A DNA stretch of 64,000 bases. It comes from Thainema sp. (GTDB taxonomy: Bacteria; Cyanobacteriota; Cyanobacteriia; Phormidesmidales; Phormidesmidaceae). The position numbers and the translations under genes were made by a program. The notes under the pieces are model-generated. The model did no database searches. It was not told the DNA's origin and saw only the letters and a program-made list of their open reading frames with translations. The DNA is taken from positions 1 to 64,000 of the forward strand of contig JBQLZK010000001.1 in assembly GCA_052168235.1 (NCBI GenBank), read 5' to 3'. Position 1 is the first letter of the stretch; each line of letters starts with the position of its first letter. This document shows positions 18,307 through 29,067 of this stretch, one piece after another.

Positions 18307-18945
18307 TCAGGCAAGAAATTTACGATAGTAGGGGTGCTGAGCGATAGCAAGCAATTCGCGATCACCCTTACTGTCACCATACGCATGGATCACATACTGC
18401 TGAGTTGGCCCCAACAGCGCTTCTAGACGAGCGACTTTCTCAGACCCATAGCAGTTTTTGCCCAACATACGGCCAGTGAGATAGCCATTACGGCTTTCTA
18501 ACCGAGTTCCGATGACTTGATCAATTCCAAGTTGCTGTGCAAGAGGTTGCAAGTAAGCTTCCAGAGATGCGCTAACGATGAGAGTCTGATGTCCCTGTTG
18601 TTGATGCCAGATTAAGCGTTGCACGGCTTCGGTTCGTAAAAGGTTGGGCAAAACCTGTTCTGCGAACTGTTGGCCTAAATACTCAAGCTGAGCCGTCGAA
18701 ATACCAGCTAGAAAGTAAGTTAGTAGTCTTTCCTTTGCCCGCCAGTTTGGAATCAGCTTGAGGGCATAGCCTGCTAGCATTGGGCTCAAAACCAACAATC
18801 CCCAGGTAAATCGCCAACGACCTGTCAACATCTGCAAGAATGGCAGCAGCGAGTCTCGATGAGTTAACGTGCCGTCAAAATCAAAGACTGCAATCACGGG
18901 CGAGTCAATGGAAGAAGGAATAGAAGGGGGAATTGATTGCGTCAT
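18307..18945 (-). CDS. HAD-IB family phosphatase
   Basis: FDFDGTL, VSAS, CYGSEK, AYGDSKGD. Confidence 0.92.
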   Translation of the reverse strand: MTQSIPPSIPSSIDSPVIAVFDFDGTLTHRDSLLPFLQMLTGRWRFTWGLLVLSPMLAGYALKLIPNWRAKERLLTYFLAGISTAQLEYLGQQFAEQVLPNLLRTEAVQRLIWHQQQGHQTLIVSASLEAYLQPLAQQLGIDQVIGTRLESRNGYLTGRMLGKNCYGSEKVARLEALLGPTQQYVIHAYGDSKGDRELLAIAQHPYYRKFLA

Positions 18946-19043
18946 ACGTTTAAAGAAGATTTAGAAAAAATTGATGTAGAGAGAAAAGGAGAATTAATAT
19001 AGGTTTTCATTTTTGCCAGGGCGGCTTAACGGGTTAGTGGATC

Positions 19044-20426
19044 CTAATCAAACCTAAAATTAGGAGCTCGGTTTTGTAGCCGATAAAGACTCAATAAAAT
19101 GAGCAGCGACCCAAAGAACAAATATGATTGCAATAAGTTAAGCAGAGGCAGCTGAGCAAAATGCTTTGCTACATATAAGTAATTACTCGTCAGTAGATAG
19201 CTAAGTCCCAAAATTGGTAGTGTCCAATTTGCCCAAATCCGATATTGGAAGATTTGAGGCAATACAAAGGCATAAATGGGTAGCAAAATACCGTAATGAT
19301 GTTCCCATGCAATAGGAGACGCCATAGTGGTCGTCAATGCAATAGTGGCAAAGTCAAATGTGCTGCCACGTAATTGCTTACTTTGAGGTGGGCGCAGCGC
19401 CAAAATCAGCAGTAATAGCGAGCTTGCTAATGTGCCCAAATAAACCCAGATATTAAATGGGGCAAAGGCATCAGATGTCCACTTTAAGTTACTGCCGTTA
19501 AAGAGTAATCGATTTAGCAATCCATTAACTGATTGATTGGGATAATAGGCTTCTCCATGTTTGGAAATGTAGGACAGGACTTTGAGATAGTCCAGGTTAT
19601 TTTCGATCCCAAACAATGCGATCGCAATTAATCCTCCCGCTGCAGCCGTCACCATAAATGCGATCGCAAACCGCCACTGCTTTCGCAACAAGCTCCAAAG
19701 CAGAATGACGGCATATTGAGGTTTAATAAGGCAAATCAACCCACCTAAGACTCCAGAAATTTGCTTTTTCTCTTTCATCCAGCACCAGAGCATCACAGCA
19801 AACAATGCATTAATCCAAGCTTGAATTTGACCTAAGCTATAGGCTCGTATTGCTGGATAAAATGAAAGTCCCAGTAAAATCAGCAGCACAGTTTGCAAAA
19901 TGCGTTCGTTGCGTGGCGGAGAAATAACTTTTGTCCATACCAGCGAGGTATTAAAGATTTGGATAGAGACAAATATCAACCCGATAAAAAAGATCCAAGA
20001 GATAATTGCCAGTATTTGATACAGCAACTGAGGATTATCTGGATGAAATGGCGATAAGATGGCCTGCAAACCATAAAACAGCAGTAAAGATGTTAATGGA
20101 TACTGAAATTTCGTGTGTTGCTCGAAAAATACTTCCGCATACAGTGGCATATGCGGAGATGCTTTCAGTTGTTCAAAAGCACTCCACATCGGCTCCCATG
20201 AATCTAAGTCTTGACGCATAGTTAGAAACCGAAACAAGTGTGAGAATGGAATCTCACGTGTGCGGACTGGTAGATCAAAAATTAAAGCATCGCTAATGGC
20301 AACAATTGTCGAGAACAATGACATTAGCGTACATGCAATCAATAAAATTAGTAATCCTTGGGTCAAAGGCGTCAATTGCTGCCAATAACGGATGACTGTA
20401 TGTAGCTTGGGTCGTAAATAAGCCAT
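19044..20426 (-). CDS. GT87/DUF2029-like GT-C fold membrane glycosyltransferase
   Basis: Polytopic; FQYPLTS, LGQIQ, IKPQ, NQS, SPIAWEHH motifs. Confidence 0.8.
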   Translation of the reverse strand: MAYLRPKLHTVIRYWQQLTPLTQGLLILLIACTLMSLFSTIVAISDALIFDLPVRTREIPFSHLFRFLTMRQDLDSWEPMWSAFEQLKASPHMPLYAEVFFEQHTKFQYPLTSLLLFYGLQAILSPFHPDNPQLLYQILAIISWIFFIGLIFVSIQIFNTSLVWTKVISPPRNERILQTVLLILLGLSFYPAIRAYSLGQIQAWINALFAVMLWCWMKEKKQISGVLGGLICLIKPQYAVILLWSLLRKQWRFAIAFMVTAAAGGLIAIALFGIENNLDYLKVLSYISKHGEAYYPNQSVNGLLNRLLFNGSNLKWTSDAFAPFNIWVYLGTLASSLLLLILALRPPQSKQLRGSTFDFATIALTTTMASPIAWEHHYGILLPIYAFVLPQIFQYRIWANWTLPILGLSYLLTSNYLYVAKHFAQLPLLNLLQSYLFFGSLLILLSLYRLQNRAPNFRFD

Positions 20427-20481
20427 CGCCAAATCTCCGAGTGCAATGGGTCACTTTTTAGAAGCACCAACATGAGTGGTT

Positions 20482-20582
20482 ATATCCAGTCTGGTTGAAA
20501 ACCCACAATTTATTTTTGCGAAACGTTTGCTCCGCAAACGTTTCGCAAAAATAAATTGTGTTCTTATATACAGACTGGATAT
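20482..20582. mobile_element. 101-bp MITE-like element (12-bp TIR, 27-bp perfect hairpin)
   Basis: atatccagtctg / cagactggatat ends. Perfect IR at 20504-20530 / 20534-20560, loop tcc (gc-gga-gc on the minus strand). Confidence 0.7.
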
Positions 20583-20602
20583 TATAAATAGATTCCACAA
20601 GT

Positions 20603-21883
20603 CTAAAGAAGACTTTGCTCAGACGGATACGAATGATAAAACGCTCTAGCTTGCTCAAACTGCGTGATGTTGTTGAATCCTGTACAGATCAAAAGGGTGA
20701 CTAAAAGCGCGATAAAGATAGAACGCTTGGTATTCAAAGCCCCTAACGCCAAAATTCCGATAAAAAAGGGCAAAAAATGGAGCGAATAGAGAAATGTCTC
20801 TCGTCCGGTATAAATCAGATGCAATCCCAATTGTCCTAGTAGAGAAAGGCCCAGCATTAATCGCAGACGCAAATGCGTTTTCATCGTGAAAAGTTGCCAT
20901 AGTCCCAGCGCTAGTAACCCTAGCCATAGACCAACTGCGATCGCACCAACGATACTGCCAGTCCCTGGTGTAGAAAACTGAACCGACATAATAGGAAATC
21001 CTTTACTCGGATGGGCAATCACTTGCACTGCTGGCATCACCACCGTATGACACAGAAAAGATTGGATGATATTCCACCAATTGCCCACTTCAGACGAAGC
21101 TACATATTTCAGCTCGTTACGATGAATCCAGGGCAACGAGCTATCAAAGAGGACTCTCTGCATCCCCACAAGAATCATGACAATCAGTAGGGCTACACCA
21201 TTGATGCGCAGTGCTCGCTGCCAAGGATACACTAATCCAGTTGCAATCCAAGCCACCAACCAATTTGTAATAGTAATGCTCAAGTTGATTGCGCTAATAA
21301 AAACACCAAAACTCCAAGGAAGGCAGCAAAATTCCGTCAGCGCTACCCAAGCTAAAGCCCAGATATAGCCCAAAGAACCCATGGGATAAGATTCCAAAAT
21401 GGGGAACCAAAACAGCCCAGCGGCGCTGATACCACCCAGGAAACTAAGTAGAATGGCATCTACTGTGCGACAGCCCATCAGTCTCAAAAAAGCAAACAGA
21501 CTAGAGAGCCATAGTCCAGCGACCGTAGACATCATCAGTCGCACAGCTATGAGAACGTCAATCTGAAAAAAATGGAGAAAGTAAACTGGTAAGCAAAATG
21601 CAAATGATATTAATGGATGTTTGTAGGCACGGGAGTGGAGTACATCCTCGTGGGGATTAGCCAACGTCAGGTAGTAAGCCGCTACATCTGAGTCAAACCA
21701 CGTATCCCCGTAAGCATCCAGTTCTAACACTTCTGAACCAATGAAATAGGCGGCCCAGTAGGTTCCTATTCCACTGAGTAGCATTAGTCCTAAGCCAACA
21801 AGTAAATCGGAGCGATAGCGCAAAACTATCTGGCACAAATCGGGCCAATTAGAACTCGCTGATTTTGATAAAAGAGGTATCAT
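20603..21883 (-). CDS. Polytopic membrane protein, probable second GT-C-type transferase
   Basis: About 11 hydrophobic segments; acidic loop WFDSD after TM1; KHPL; ESY; ETFLYS. Function inferred from gene context. Confidence 0.6.
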   Translation of the reverse strand: MIPLLSKSASSNWPDLCQIVLRYRSDLLVGLGLMLLSGIGTYWAAYFIGSEVLELDAYGDTWFDSDVAAYYLTLANPHEDVLHSRAYKHPLISFAFCLPVYFLHFFQIDVLIAVRLMMSTVAGLWLSSLFAFLRLMGCRTVDAILLSFLGGISAAGLFWFPILESYPMGSLGYIWALAWVALTEFCCLPWSFGVFISAINLSITITNWLVAWIATGLVYPWQRALRINGVALLIVMILVGMQRVLFDSSLPWIHRNELKYVASSEVGNWWNIIQSFLCHTVVMPAVQVIAHPSKGFPIMSVQFSTPGTGSIVGAIAVGLWLGLLALGLWQLFTMKTHLRLRLMLGLSLLGQLGLHLIYTGRETFLYSLHFLPFFIGILALGALNTKRSIFIALLVTLLICTGFNNITQFEQARAFYHSYPSEQSLL

Positions 21884-21900
21884 AGCTGCTAGTCTTAATG

Positions 21901-22236
21901 CTATAAAGTGCGACCAAAGGCAACGGCACAAATGCCGCTAATGATAAGGCCAACCCCCATCCAGTTCACAGACGATATTTTTTCGCTGAGCAAGAAAGCA
22001 CCTGCGACAGTGGTAGCGACTACAGTCAGGCCAATCACGATCGGATAAGCAACGGAAAGGTTAAATTTGCTCAAAATCGAAATATAGATGAGCGTACTCA
22101 GGCCATAGGCAGCAACTCCACCCATCAGATACAGATTGAGTAGACTTTCACCCGCTCCCGATTTAAACAAGATTTGAGCAATTGTGTTTAGACCCACTGC
22201 CACTAAAATCAGTCCAGCAAAAAATAGATTTGTCAT
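21901..22236 (-). CDS. SMR/DMT-family small membrane protein (ArnE/F-like flippase candidate)
   Basis: 111 aa with 4 TM helices; AQILFK, LSVAYP, LSEKIS. Confidence 0.8.
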   Translation of the reverse strand: MTNLFFAGLILVAVGLNTIAQILFKSGAGESLLNLYLMGGVAAYGLSTLIYISILSKFNLSVAYPIVIGLTVVATTVAGAFLLSEKISSVNWMGVGLIISGICAVAFGRTL

Positions 22237-22245
22237 AACTTTTTC

Positions 22246-23202
22246 CTACTGAATTACTCCATGCTTATTGAGCCATAGAATGGTGAACGCGGTCGCGGCC
22301 CAAGCAGCAACGGTCAGTAGAAGAGGGCGATCGGATAGCAATACTTCTTCAGGACGTTCAGTGTGTTCTTGCCGAGCAATTTCTATCGTGTCGCTGTGCC
22401 CATACTCCTTCGGATCGCTGAGCAACTGATAACGAAATACGCCGTAAAGTACAAATGGAAATGTGAGCATCATCCAGGGTGTTGAAGCTCCTCCTGCTTG
22501 AAACCCCGCACTCCACAGGGCATAGCTCATCAGCGTTCCTGTCGTCACAATATTTTCCATTCGCGAAAGCAAAGCAAGGGAATAGCGCTTGAGTACGGAA
22601 CGCGTACTGCCACCCTGTCTCAGCTCTGCCTTACGCTTTTCAATGGCCAGAAACAGTGCCAGCATTGCCGTGCATACCAGAAACCAGACCGACAAATCGA
22701 TGTGGGTGGCAGTAGCTCCAGCACAGGCGCGCAGTACAAAGCCACTTGCGATCGCAATAATGTCTAGCAGCGGAGTTCGTTTCAGTTTGAGATTGTAAGC
22801 GAGCTGTAATAATGCGTAGCTAATCAGAATTAAGCCCAATCCAAGCGAATGGTGCAAACCCAGAGCGATCGAGCTGCTCATGAGGCCAAGAGCCATAATG
22901 AATGCAACTGGCACGGAAACTAAACCAGCAGCGATTGGGCGTTTACACTTAATCGGATGATGTCGATCAGACTTCACATCCGCAATATCATTGAGCAAAT
23001 AAAAGCTACTCGAAATAAAACAAAATAGAAGAAACGCGAATAGGCTATTTAAAACAATTTCTATGTCAAGAGTAAAATTGAACAAAGGTGCAGCAAAAAC
23101 AATTAAATTCTTGCTCCACTGATGTGGGCGACAAGCAAAAAGATAAGGAAATAGACCCTTGGTTGATAATCGCCTAAAAGGCTGAACATACCTAGAAGTC
23201 AT
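22246..23202 (-). CDS. Decaprenyl-phosphate phosphoribosyltransferase (UbiA family)
   Basis: RPHQWSKNLIVF, YLLNDIADVKSDRHHPIKCKRPIAAG, GFVLR, KRKAEL, PFVLYGVFRY. Confidence 0.9.
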   Translation of the reverse strand: MTSRYVQPFRRLSTKGLFPYLFACRPHQWSKNLIVFAAPLFNFTLDIEIVLNSLFAFLLFCFISSSFYLLNDIADVKSDRHHPIKCKRPIAAGLVSVPVAFIMALGLMSSSIALGLHHSLGLGLILISYALLQLAYNLKLKRTPLLDIIAIASGFVLRACAGATATHIDLSVWFLVCTAMLALFLAIEKRKAELRQGGSTRSVLKRYSLALLSRMENIVTTGTLMSYALWSAGFQAGGASTPWMMLTFPFVLYGVFRYQLLSDPKEYGHSDTIEIARQEHTERPEEVLLSDRPLLLTVAAWAATAFTILWLNKHGVIQ

Positions 23203-23791
23203 AGTTCATCATTCATTGAAGCGAAACGACACCGCATTGCTGTACCCAAGTAATGAGATAGACAGAACCTTACCAAACGAGGCTTGCTCTGAGAATGAAT
23301 TTTCAGCATTCGGGTGCTGGTAAAGCAGCATGAGCGATCCGTGTTGATTAAGCTAGTTAGTTGTACAGCTTTGCGTTGAAATTTATTTTCCGCAAAGAAA
23401 TTAGGATATATACGGTTGGCACTTCCAACTTTATGGAACCTTTATCTATTTCATCTTTGAATGGCTATATGTAGAATTACTGAAGTCTTTGACAGTCAAT
23501 GCTTTTTCGGTGGTGCTTTTATGGAGTTTGACGCCTCTGGCTTTACGGAAATTTAATCTATTAATCTTTAAATAGTTATCCACGGATTTAGCTGTGACCA
23601 CTGTCTTTATGGCAAATCCGTAGAATGCTTAGATTTTGTTCTTTCCCTTGCCAATCCAGACTTGGAAAAGCAACTTTGTCGTGATGTGGCAGTAAACACG
23701 CTTCGAGTTTTAATGCAAGCCCTAAGACGGCTGACAGAGGTAAAGCGAGTTCCACTATCATGGCTAAGGCGATGTAATTTAACCGAGCACC

Positions 23792-23998
23792 ATGACGTCT
23801 GAATCTCCTTCGACCAAAACCCAGATCACTACACCTGTTGATGCACAACAACCCACGACCAAACTCGAACCGGGCTTTGGTTGGACCGCTTACGCCGAGC
23901 TAATCAACGGTCGCTTTGCCATGTTGGGCTTTGTGGGACTGTTGATCTTGGAATTCTTTACCCGTCAGGACTTTTTTACCTGGGTGGGTTTGCGCTAG
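23792..23998 (+). CDS. hli: High light-inducible protein (HLIP/SCP)
   Basis: GWTAYAELINGRFAMLGF chlorophyll-binding motif. Confidence 0.93.
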   Translation: MTSESPSTKTQITTPVDAQQPTTKLEPGFGWTAYAELINGRFAMLGFVGLLILEFFTRQDFFTWVGLR

Positions 23999-24027
23999 TG
24001 CTATTTCTTGCTAACTAACCACATTGA

Positions 24028-25122
24028 ATGAGCATGTCTACTGTTATTGCTCCAGTTACTACTCAATCAAATACAAAAACGCGCTCTCAACTGGCGCTCA
24101 CTCTCGGTGATCCGGCTGGAATTGGCCCAGAGATTGTGCTGAAGGCATTGGCTGATCCGACGATTCAGCAGGATTGCGAGATTACCGTTATCGGCAGCGC
24201 TCAGTTACTTCAGCAACAGTATGAGCATTTGCGGTCAATAGGCGGTCTGGATCTGGCCGATCCCGCCACGCTCAAAATCCTGGACGTGCCGCTGTCTGAT
24301 GCAGAAACGGCAGGTCTGGAGTTGGGGACAGGTAACGCCGCTAGTGGAGCCGCTAGCTTTCACTATTTAGAAACCGCTGTAGATCGAACGCTGGCCGGAG
24401 AGTTTGCCGGAGTTGTGACTGCACCGATCGCGAAATCGGCTTGGAAAGCTGCGGGACATCTCTATCCAGGTCAGACTGAGCTGCTGGCTGAACGAGCAGA
24501 TGTGACAGATTTCGGCATGTTCTTTGTGGCCCGTTCTCCCCATAGCGGCTGGAGCTTGAAAACGCTGCTGGCGACGACGCATATTCCCCTGCGAGAGGTG
24601 CCGGATGCGCTGACGCCGGAACTGATGAGCCAAAAGCTGGACTTACTGATTCGGACGCTTCGACAAGATTTTGGGTTGGCTGAACCTCAGATTGCGATCG
24701 CAGGTTTGAATCCCCACAGTGGCGAACAGGGGCAGCTCGGTCGGGAAGAGGTGGACTGGCTGACACCCTGGCTACAGGAGCAGCAGCAGCGCCATCCACA
24801 GGTGAGGCTGACGGGGTTGGTGCCGCCGGATACGCTGTGGGTGCGGGCGGGACAGGCTTGGCACGGGACGCTACCGCCGACTCAGACGATGCCGGATGCC
24901 TATCTGGCGCTGTATCACGACCAGGGCTTAATTCCGGTCAAGCTGCTGGCGTTTGATCAGGCGGTGAATACGACGATTGGCCTGCCGTTTATTCGGACTT
25001 CGCCGGATCACGGGACAGCGTTTGATATTGCGGGGCGCGGCATCGCGGATGCGACCAGCTTGAAAGCGGCGATCACCTTAGCTGCGGAGTTAGCCCAGAC
25101 TCGTCAGCAAACTTCAGTCTAA
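24028..25122 (+). CDS. pdxA: 4-hydroxythreonine-4-phosphate dehydrogenase
   Basis: [41 protein letters not shown]. Confidence 0.97.
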   Translation: MSMSTVIAPVTTQSNTKTRSQLALTLGDPAGIGPEIVLKALADPTIQQDCEITVIGSAQLLQQQYEHLRSIGGLDLADPATLKILDVPLSDAETAGLELGTGNAASGAASFHYLETAVDRTLAGEFAGVVTAPIAKSAWKAAGHLYPGQTELLAERADVTDFGMFFVARSPHSGWSLKTLLATTHIPLREVPDALTPELMSQKLDLLIRTLRQDFGLAEPQIAIAGLNPHSGEQGQLGREEVDWLTPWLQEQQQRHPQVRLTGLVPPDTLWVRAGQAWHGTLPPTQTMPDAYLALYHDQGLIPVKLLAFDQAVNTTIGLPFIRTSPDHGTAFDIAGRGIADATSLKAAITLAAELAQTRQQTSV

Positions 25123-25133
25123 TGCCATATCTG

Positions 25134-25161
25134 GTAGGGGCAAATGGCCATTTGCCCCTAC
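25134..25161. repeat. 28-bp perfect REP-like palindrome
   Basis: gtaggggcaaatgg|ccatttgcccctac, just after the pdxA stop. Confidence 0.8.
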
Positions 25162-25257
25162 GTACCGTCATCTCCCTATTTCGGGGTTTGGTAGAGGTTA
25201 TACGTTCTCGATACAATCGGGAACGGGACAGTTGTAAACAGGGATTGCAAAACCAGC

Positions 25258-26037
25258 ATGTTGCCACGGGAAGATCTGCTCAAGGGAGTAGAAGATCGAG
25301 AGAGTTTAAGCCGCGTGATTGATCAAGCCGAACAGGCGATTCGCACGTGGGAAGTCGTGGTGACGGATTTTTTATCGCCACCGCAGCAGTTTGAGGCTGA
25401 ACAGGCTTTTTCGCGCCTAACGGAAGTTCAGCTTGTGTTTTGGGGTGGCTATCCCCAGGCGGAGCGAAAGCGACTTGCGATCGCACGTTCCGAACTACCG
25501 CTAGATACCGATCAGGTAGACGTTACCACCATTAGCATTGACGGCAATTTCTTGTTTGACCCAGCGACTCACCGTGATTTTCTGGGCGCAACCTTGGGGA
25601 CGGGAATTGTGCGGGAAAAAGTCGGCGACATTCTCGTTCTGGGCGACCGAGGGGCGCAGGCCATTGTGGTGCCGGAACTCGTTGAATACCTACAGATGAA
25701 CCTGACGCAGGTGCGGTCGGTACCTGTGAAAGTGCGGCCCATTCCGATGGATGAGCTGAAAGTGCAGGAGCCGCGTAAAAAGGAGATGACGACGGTGGAA
25801 GCGTCAATGCGACTAGATGCGATCGCATCTGCCGGATTTGGCATGTCGCGCAGCAAAATGGCCGATCTCATTTCGGCGGGTGATGTGCGGGTGAACTGGA
25901 AGGAAATTACCCAGTCGAGTCATCAGGTACAGTCGGGCGATTTGGTCGCAATCCGGGGCCGAGGTCGGCTGGAAATTGGCGATGTAGCCGTGACAAAGAA
26001 GGAACGATTCCGCGTTAACTTGACTCGTTACATGTGA
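25258..26037 (+). CDS. Photosystem II S4 domain protein (YlmH/Sll1252 family)
   Basis: TDFLSPP, GGYPQAER, HRDFLG, ASMRLDAIASAGFGMSR S4 domain. Confidence 0.92.
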   Translation: MLPREDLLKGVEDRESLSRVIDQAEQAIRTWEVVVTDFLSPPQQFEAEQAFSRLTEVQLVFWGGYPQAERKRLAIARSELPLDTDQVDVTTISIDGNFLFDPATHRDFLGATLGTGIVREKVGDILVLGDRGAQAIVVPELVEYLQMNLTQVRSVPVKVRPIPMDELKVQEPRKKEMTTVEASMRLDAIASAGFGMSRSKMADLISAGDVRVNWKEITQSSHQVQSGDLVAIRGRGRLEIGDVAVTKKERFRVNLTRYM

Positions 26038-26085
26038 TATCCGTTCAAGCCTCACTTTATTCAACGTTTCAGCGTTTTTAGACTA

Positions 26086-26853
26086 ATGGCAGGACATAGT
26101 AAATGGGCCAATATCAAGCGTCAAAAGGCCCGTGTTGATGCAGTTAAGGGTAAAGTATTCGCCAAGATTTCCCGCGAAATTATCGTGGCAGCTCGCAGTG
26201 GGTTGCCCGATCCAGAGGCCAATTTTCAACTCCGCACCGCGATTGATAAAGCCAAGGCGGCAGGAGTGCCGAATGACAATATTGAACGTGCGATCGCAAA
26301 AGGTTCGGGGCAGCTTGGGGCTGGCGATGAGCTGGAAAGTATTCGCTATGAAGGATACGGTGCAGGCGGCGTAGCGGTGCTAATTGAAGCACTAACTGAC
26401 AACCGCAACCGCACGGCGGCTGACTTGCGAGCCGCGTTTAGTAAAAACGGCGGCAATCTGGGCGAAACGGGCTGCGTGAGCTGGATGTTCGAGCAGAAAG
26501 GTGTGGTGAGCATCACTGGCCCGATTCAAGATGAAGATGCCCTGCTAGAAGCCTCGCTAGAAGGAGGCGCAGAAACCTATGATCTGACCGAGGTAGATGA
26601 AACGGACGGGGCAGAAGTCTATTGTCAGCCGAGCGACTTGGAAACGTTGAGTAAGGCACTGAAAGCCAGTGGCTATCTGGTTAGTCAAGTTGAACTGCGC
26701 TGGATTCCGAGTAATTCTGTCGAAGTAACCGACACCGAGCAGGCGCGATCGCTAATCAAGATGATGGAGGCGCTAGAAGACTTAGACGATGTGCAGTCGG
26801 TGACGGCTAACTTTGAAATGTCAGATGATCTAATGGTTGCCAGCCTAGTTTGA
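26086..26853 (+). CDS. yebC: YebC/PmpR family protein
   Basis: MAGHSKWANIKRQK, YEGYG, TDNRNRT, LEDLDDVQ. Confidence 0.96.
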   Translation: MAGHSKWANIKRQKARVDAVKGKVFAKISREIIVAARSGLPDPEANFQLRTAIDKAKAAGVPNDNIERAIAKGSGQLGAGDELESIRYEGYGAGGVAVLIEALTDNRNRTAADLRAAFSKNGGNLGETGCVSWMFEQKGVVSITGPIQDEDALLEASLEGGAETYDLTEVDETDGAEVYCQPSDLETLSKALKASGYLVSQVELRWIPSNSVEVTDTEQARSLIKMMEALEDLDDVQSVTANFEMSDDLMVASLV

Positions 26854-27170
26854 GGGTTGTCGTCTCAGTAGTTGGGACAACCGCTGAAGGATCTGCTGTT
26901 TGCGGGATTCAGGAATCTTAGAAATCCCACCACGATGCAGCAGTTGTTCAGCAATTTTGGGTTCCAGAGCCATGATACAACTCCTGATTAATTGCGAAGA
27001 TATCTTGACTTTAGTGATTAAAAGTAAAAAAAACGTAAAGTTGGCTCAAATTGTCATGAATTGGGTGAATCAACGTAACCACTAATAAAAGCTCTACTCC
27101 TGGATCGCTTTTAGATCGCTGAAGTAGAGCTTTCTTAATTTTCTATCTAGATTCACGGCAACATCCTAGA

Positions 27171-27977
27171 TTAGCCGAATCGACCGGATACATAGTCTCT
27201 TGTGCGCTCTTCCTTGGGATTGCTGAAAATTGTTTCCGTATTATCATATTCCACAAGGTAGCCAACTTTACCACCTTTCTCTGTGGCCTCAGCATTGAAA
27301 AAGGCTGTCCTGTCTGAGACGCGCGAGGCTTGCTGCATATTGTGGGTGACAATGACGATCGTATAATTTTGCTTCAGATCCTGCATCAATTCCTCAATTT
27401 TGAGCGTCGAGATTGGATCTAATGCTGAACAAGGCTCATCCATCAGAATCACTTCCGGCTCAATTGCGATCGCACGTGCAATACACAAACGCTGTTGCTG
27501 ACCACCAGACAAGCCTAAGCCACTATCACCCAGCTTATCCTTCACCTCATCCCACAGGGCAGCACCCCGCAGCGACCGCTCAACCAGCTCATCCATATCG
27601 CCCCGATAGCCGTTGATCCGTGCTCCAAAAGCAATATTTTCATAGATAGACTTTGGAAATGGATTTGGCTTCTGAAACACCATTCCAATCCGCCGCCGAA
27701 TGTCGACTGGATCAAACTGCTTACTGTAAAGATCACGATCGTGAAACGTAATACGTCCTTCTACTCTTGCACTGGCGACCAAATCATTCATTCGGTTAAA
27801 ACAACGCAAGATGGTGCTTTTACCACAACCAGACGGACCAATAAAAGCCGTAATTTGGTTTTTATTAATATCAAGAAAAACGCTACGAACAGCTAGACTT
27901 GCGCCATAGTAAACCGAAACGTTTTCGGCTTTTAGCACTACCGTATCTGTAGCAACGGCATCAAGTTGTGAAGTCAT
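27171..27977 (-). CDS. pstB: Phosphate ABC transporter ATPase
   Basis: [43 protein letters not shown]. Confidence 0.98.
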   Translation of the reverse strand: MTSQLDAVATDTVVLKAENVSVYYGASLAVRSVFLDINKNQITAFIGPSGCGKSTILRCFNRMNDLVASARVEGRITFHDRDLYSKQFDPVDIRRRIGMVFQKPNPFPKSIYENIAFGARINGYRGDMDELVERSLRGAALWDEVKDKLGDSGLGLSGGQQQRLCIARAIAIEPEVILMDEPCSALDPISTLKIEELMQDLKQNYTIVIVTHNMQQASRVSDRTAFFNAEATEKGGKVGYLVEYDNTETIFSNPKEERTRDYVSGRFG

Positions 27978-28008
27978 AAATTACTTCCTCTTTAGTGGAT
28001 CAACAGGA

Positions 28009-28038
28009 GGACAACGGATGGACGGACAACGGATGGAC
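28009..28038 (+). repeat. 15-bp tandem duplication
   Basis: ggacaacggatggac x2, between pstA and pstB. Confidence 0.8.
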
Positions 28039-28116
28039 AGTCAATCTGCCTCATTCAATAAGCAGTTGAAGATATGTCATATTGTTCGCGTTCCGGTTTG
28101 TAAACAAACGAGAATC

Positions 28117-29067
28117 TCACGAACGATTTGTTTGAAACTTATTACGCAAATAAATCGCAGTTGCATTCATGATTAACAACACAACCATCAGCACAATGAT
28201 GGCGGCGGCTGAATTCACCTGAAATTCTTCCTGTGGGCGAGATGCCCAGTTGAAGATTTGGAGCGGTAACACCGTGTAGTTGTCCCGTAAACTTTGCGGT
28301 AGAAACGGTACATAAACCGCTGCACCAACTGCAATTAGGGGTGCTGCTTCACCAATGGCCCGCGATAGCGCCAAAATCGTTCCTGTCATAATGCCAGGAA
28401 ACGCCTGTGGCAAAATATGATTCCATACAACCTGCCAGCGAGTTGCGCCTAGAGCAAAGCCAGCCTGACGCAAACTGTCTGGAACAGCCTTTAGTGCTTC
28501 ACGAGTTGCCACAATAATGATGGGTAAAATCAGCAGTGCCATAGTTAATCCACCTGACAACACGCTGTTACCACCTGTCAATGGCCGTAAAACATCCACA
28601 AAAACAAACAGGCCAAGCAGTCCATAAATAATTGATGGAACTGCTGCTAGATTACTAATGTTGATTTCAATCAGCCGGGAATACCAGGAATCCGGCGCAA
28701 ACTCTTCGAGGAAAATCCCCGATGCAACTCCAACTGGGAAAGATACTAGAGCTGTAATCAATAGCAGCCAAATTGTGCCAACTAAAGCAGACTTGATTCC
28801 AGCCTGCTCTGCTCTCCGCGAGGAAAAAGACCAGATGAATTCCCGTTCTCGAATAAATGGGATGCCACCGTCGTTACCCAGTAAGCGTGGCGCACCATCA
28901 AAAATAACATCAACTAACAGCACCACCAAAAGGAGTACTGCGAAGAATATAGCTAGCCACGTCAATGCTGCAAAAATCGAATCAAATCGATAGCGCCGTG
29001 ACAGCGCGGGATTGAAGTTACCCGCCTTAGAATCTGCCAACTTTGAATCAGAATCCCAGGTGGTCAT
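28117..29067 (-). CDS. pstA: Phosphate ABC transporter permease
   Basis: NLAAVPSIIYGLLG, ALGATRWQ, SRAIGEAAPL; TAATG overlap with pstC. Confidence 0.96.
   Translation of the reverse strand: MTTWDSDSKLADSKAGNFNPALSRRYRFDSIFAALTWLAIFFAVLLLVVLLVDVIFDGAPRLLGNDGGIPFIREREFIWSFSSRRAEQAGIKSALVGTIWLLLITALVSFPVGVASGIFLEEFAPDSWYSRLIEINISNLAAVPSIIYGLLGLFVFVDVLRPLTGGNSVLSGGLTMALLILPIIIVATREALKAVPDSLRQAGFALGATRWQVVWNHILPQAFPGIMTGTILALSRAIGEAAPLIAVGAAVYVPFLPQSLRDNYTVLPLQIFNWASRPQEEFQVNSAAAIIVLMVVLLIMNATAIYLRNKFQTNRS

Noticed and set aside
23500..23791. HLR1 site expected upstream of hli
   Set aside because: Only a poor match (tttacgga-aa-tttaatct) was visible.
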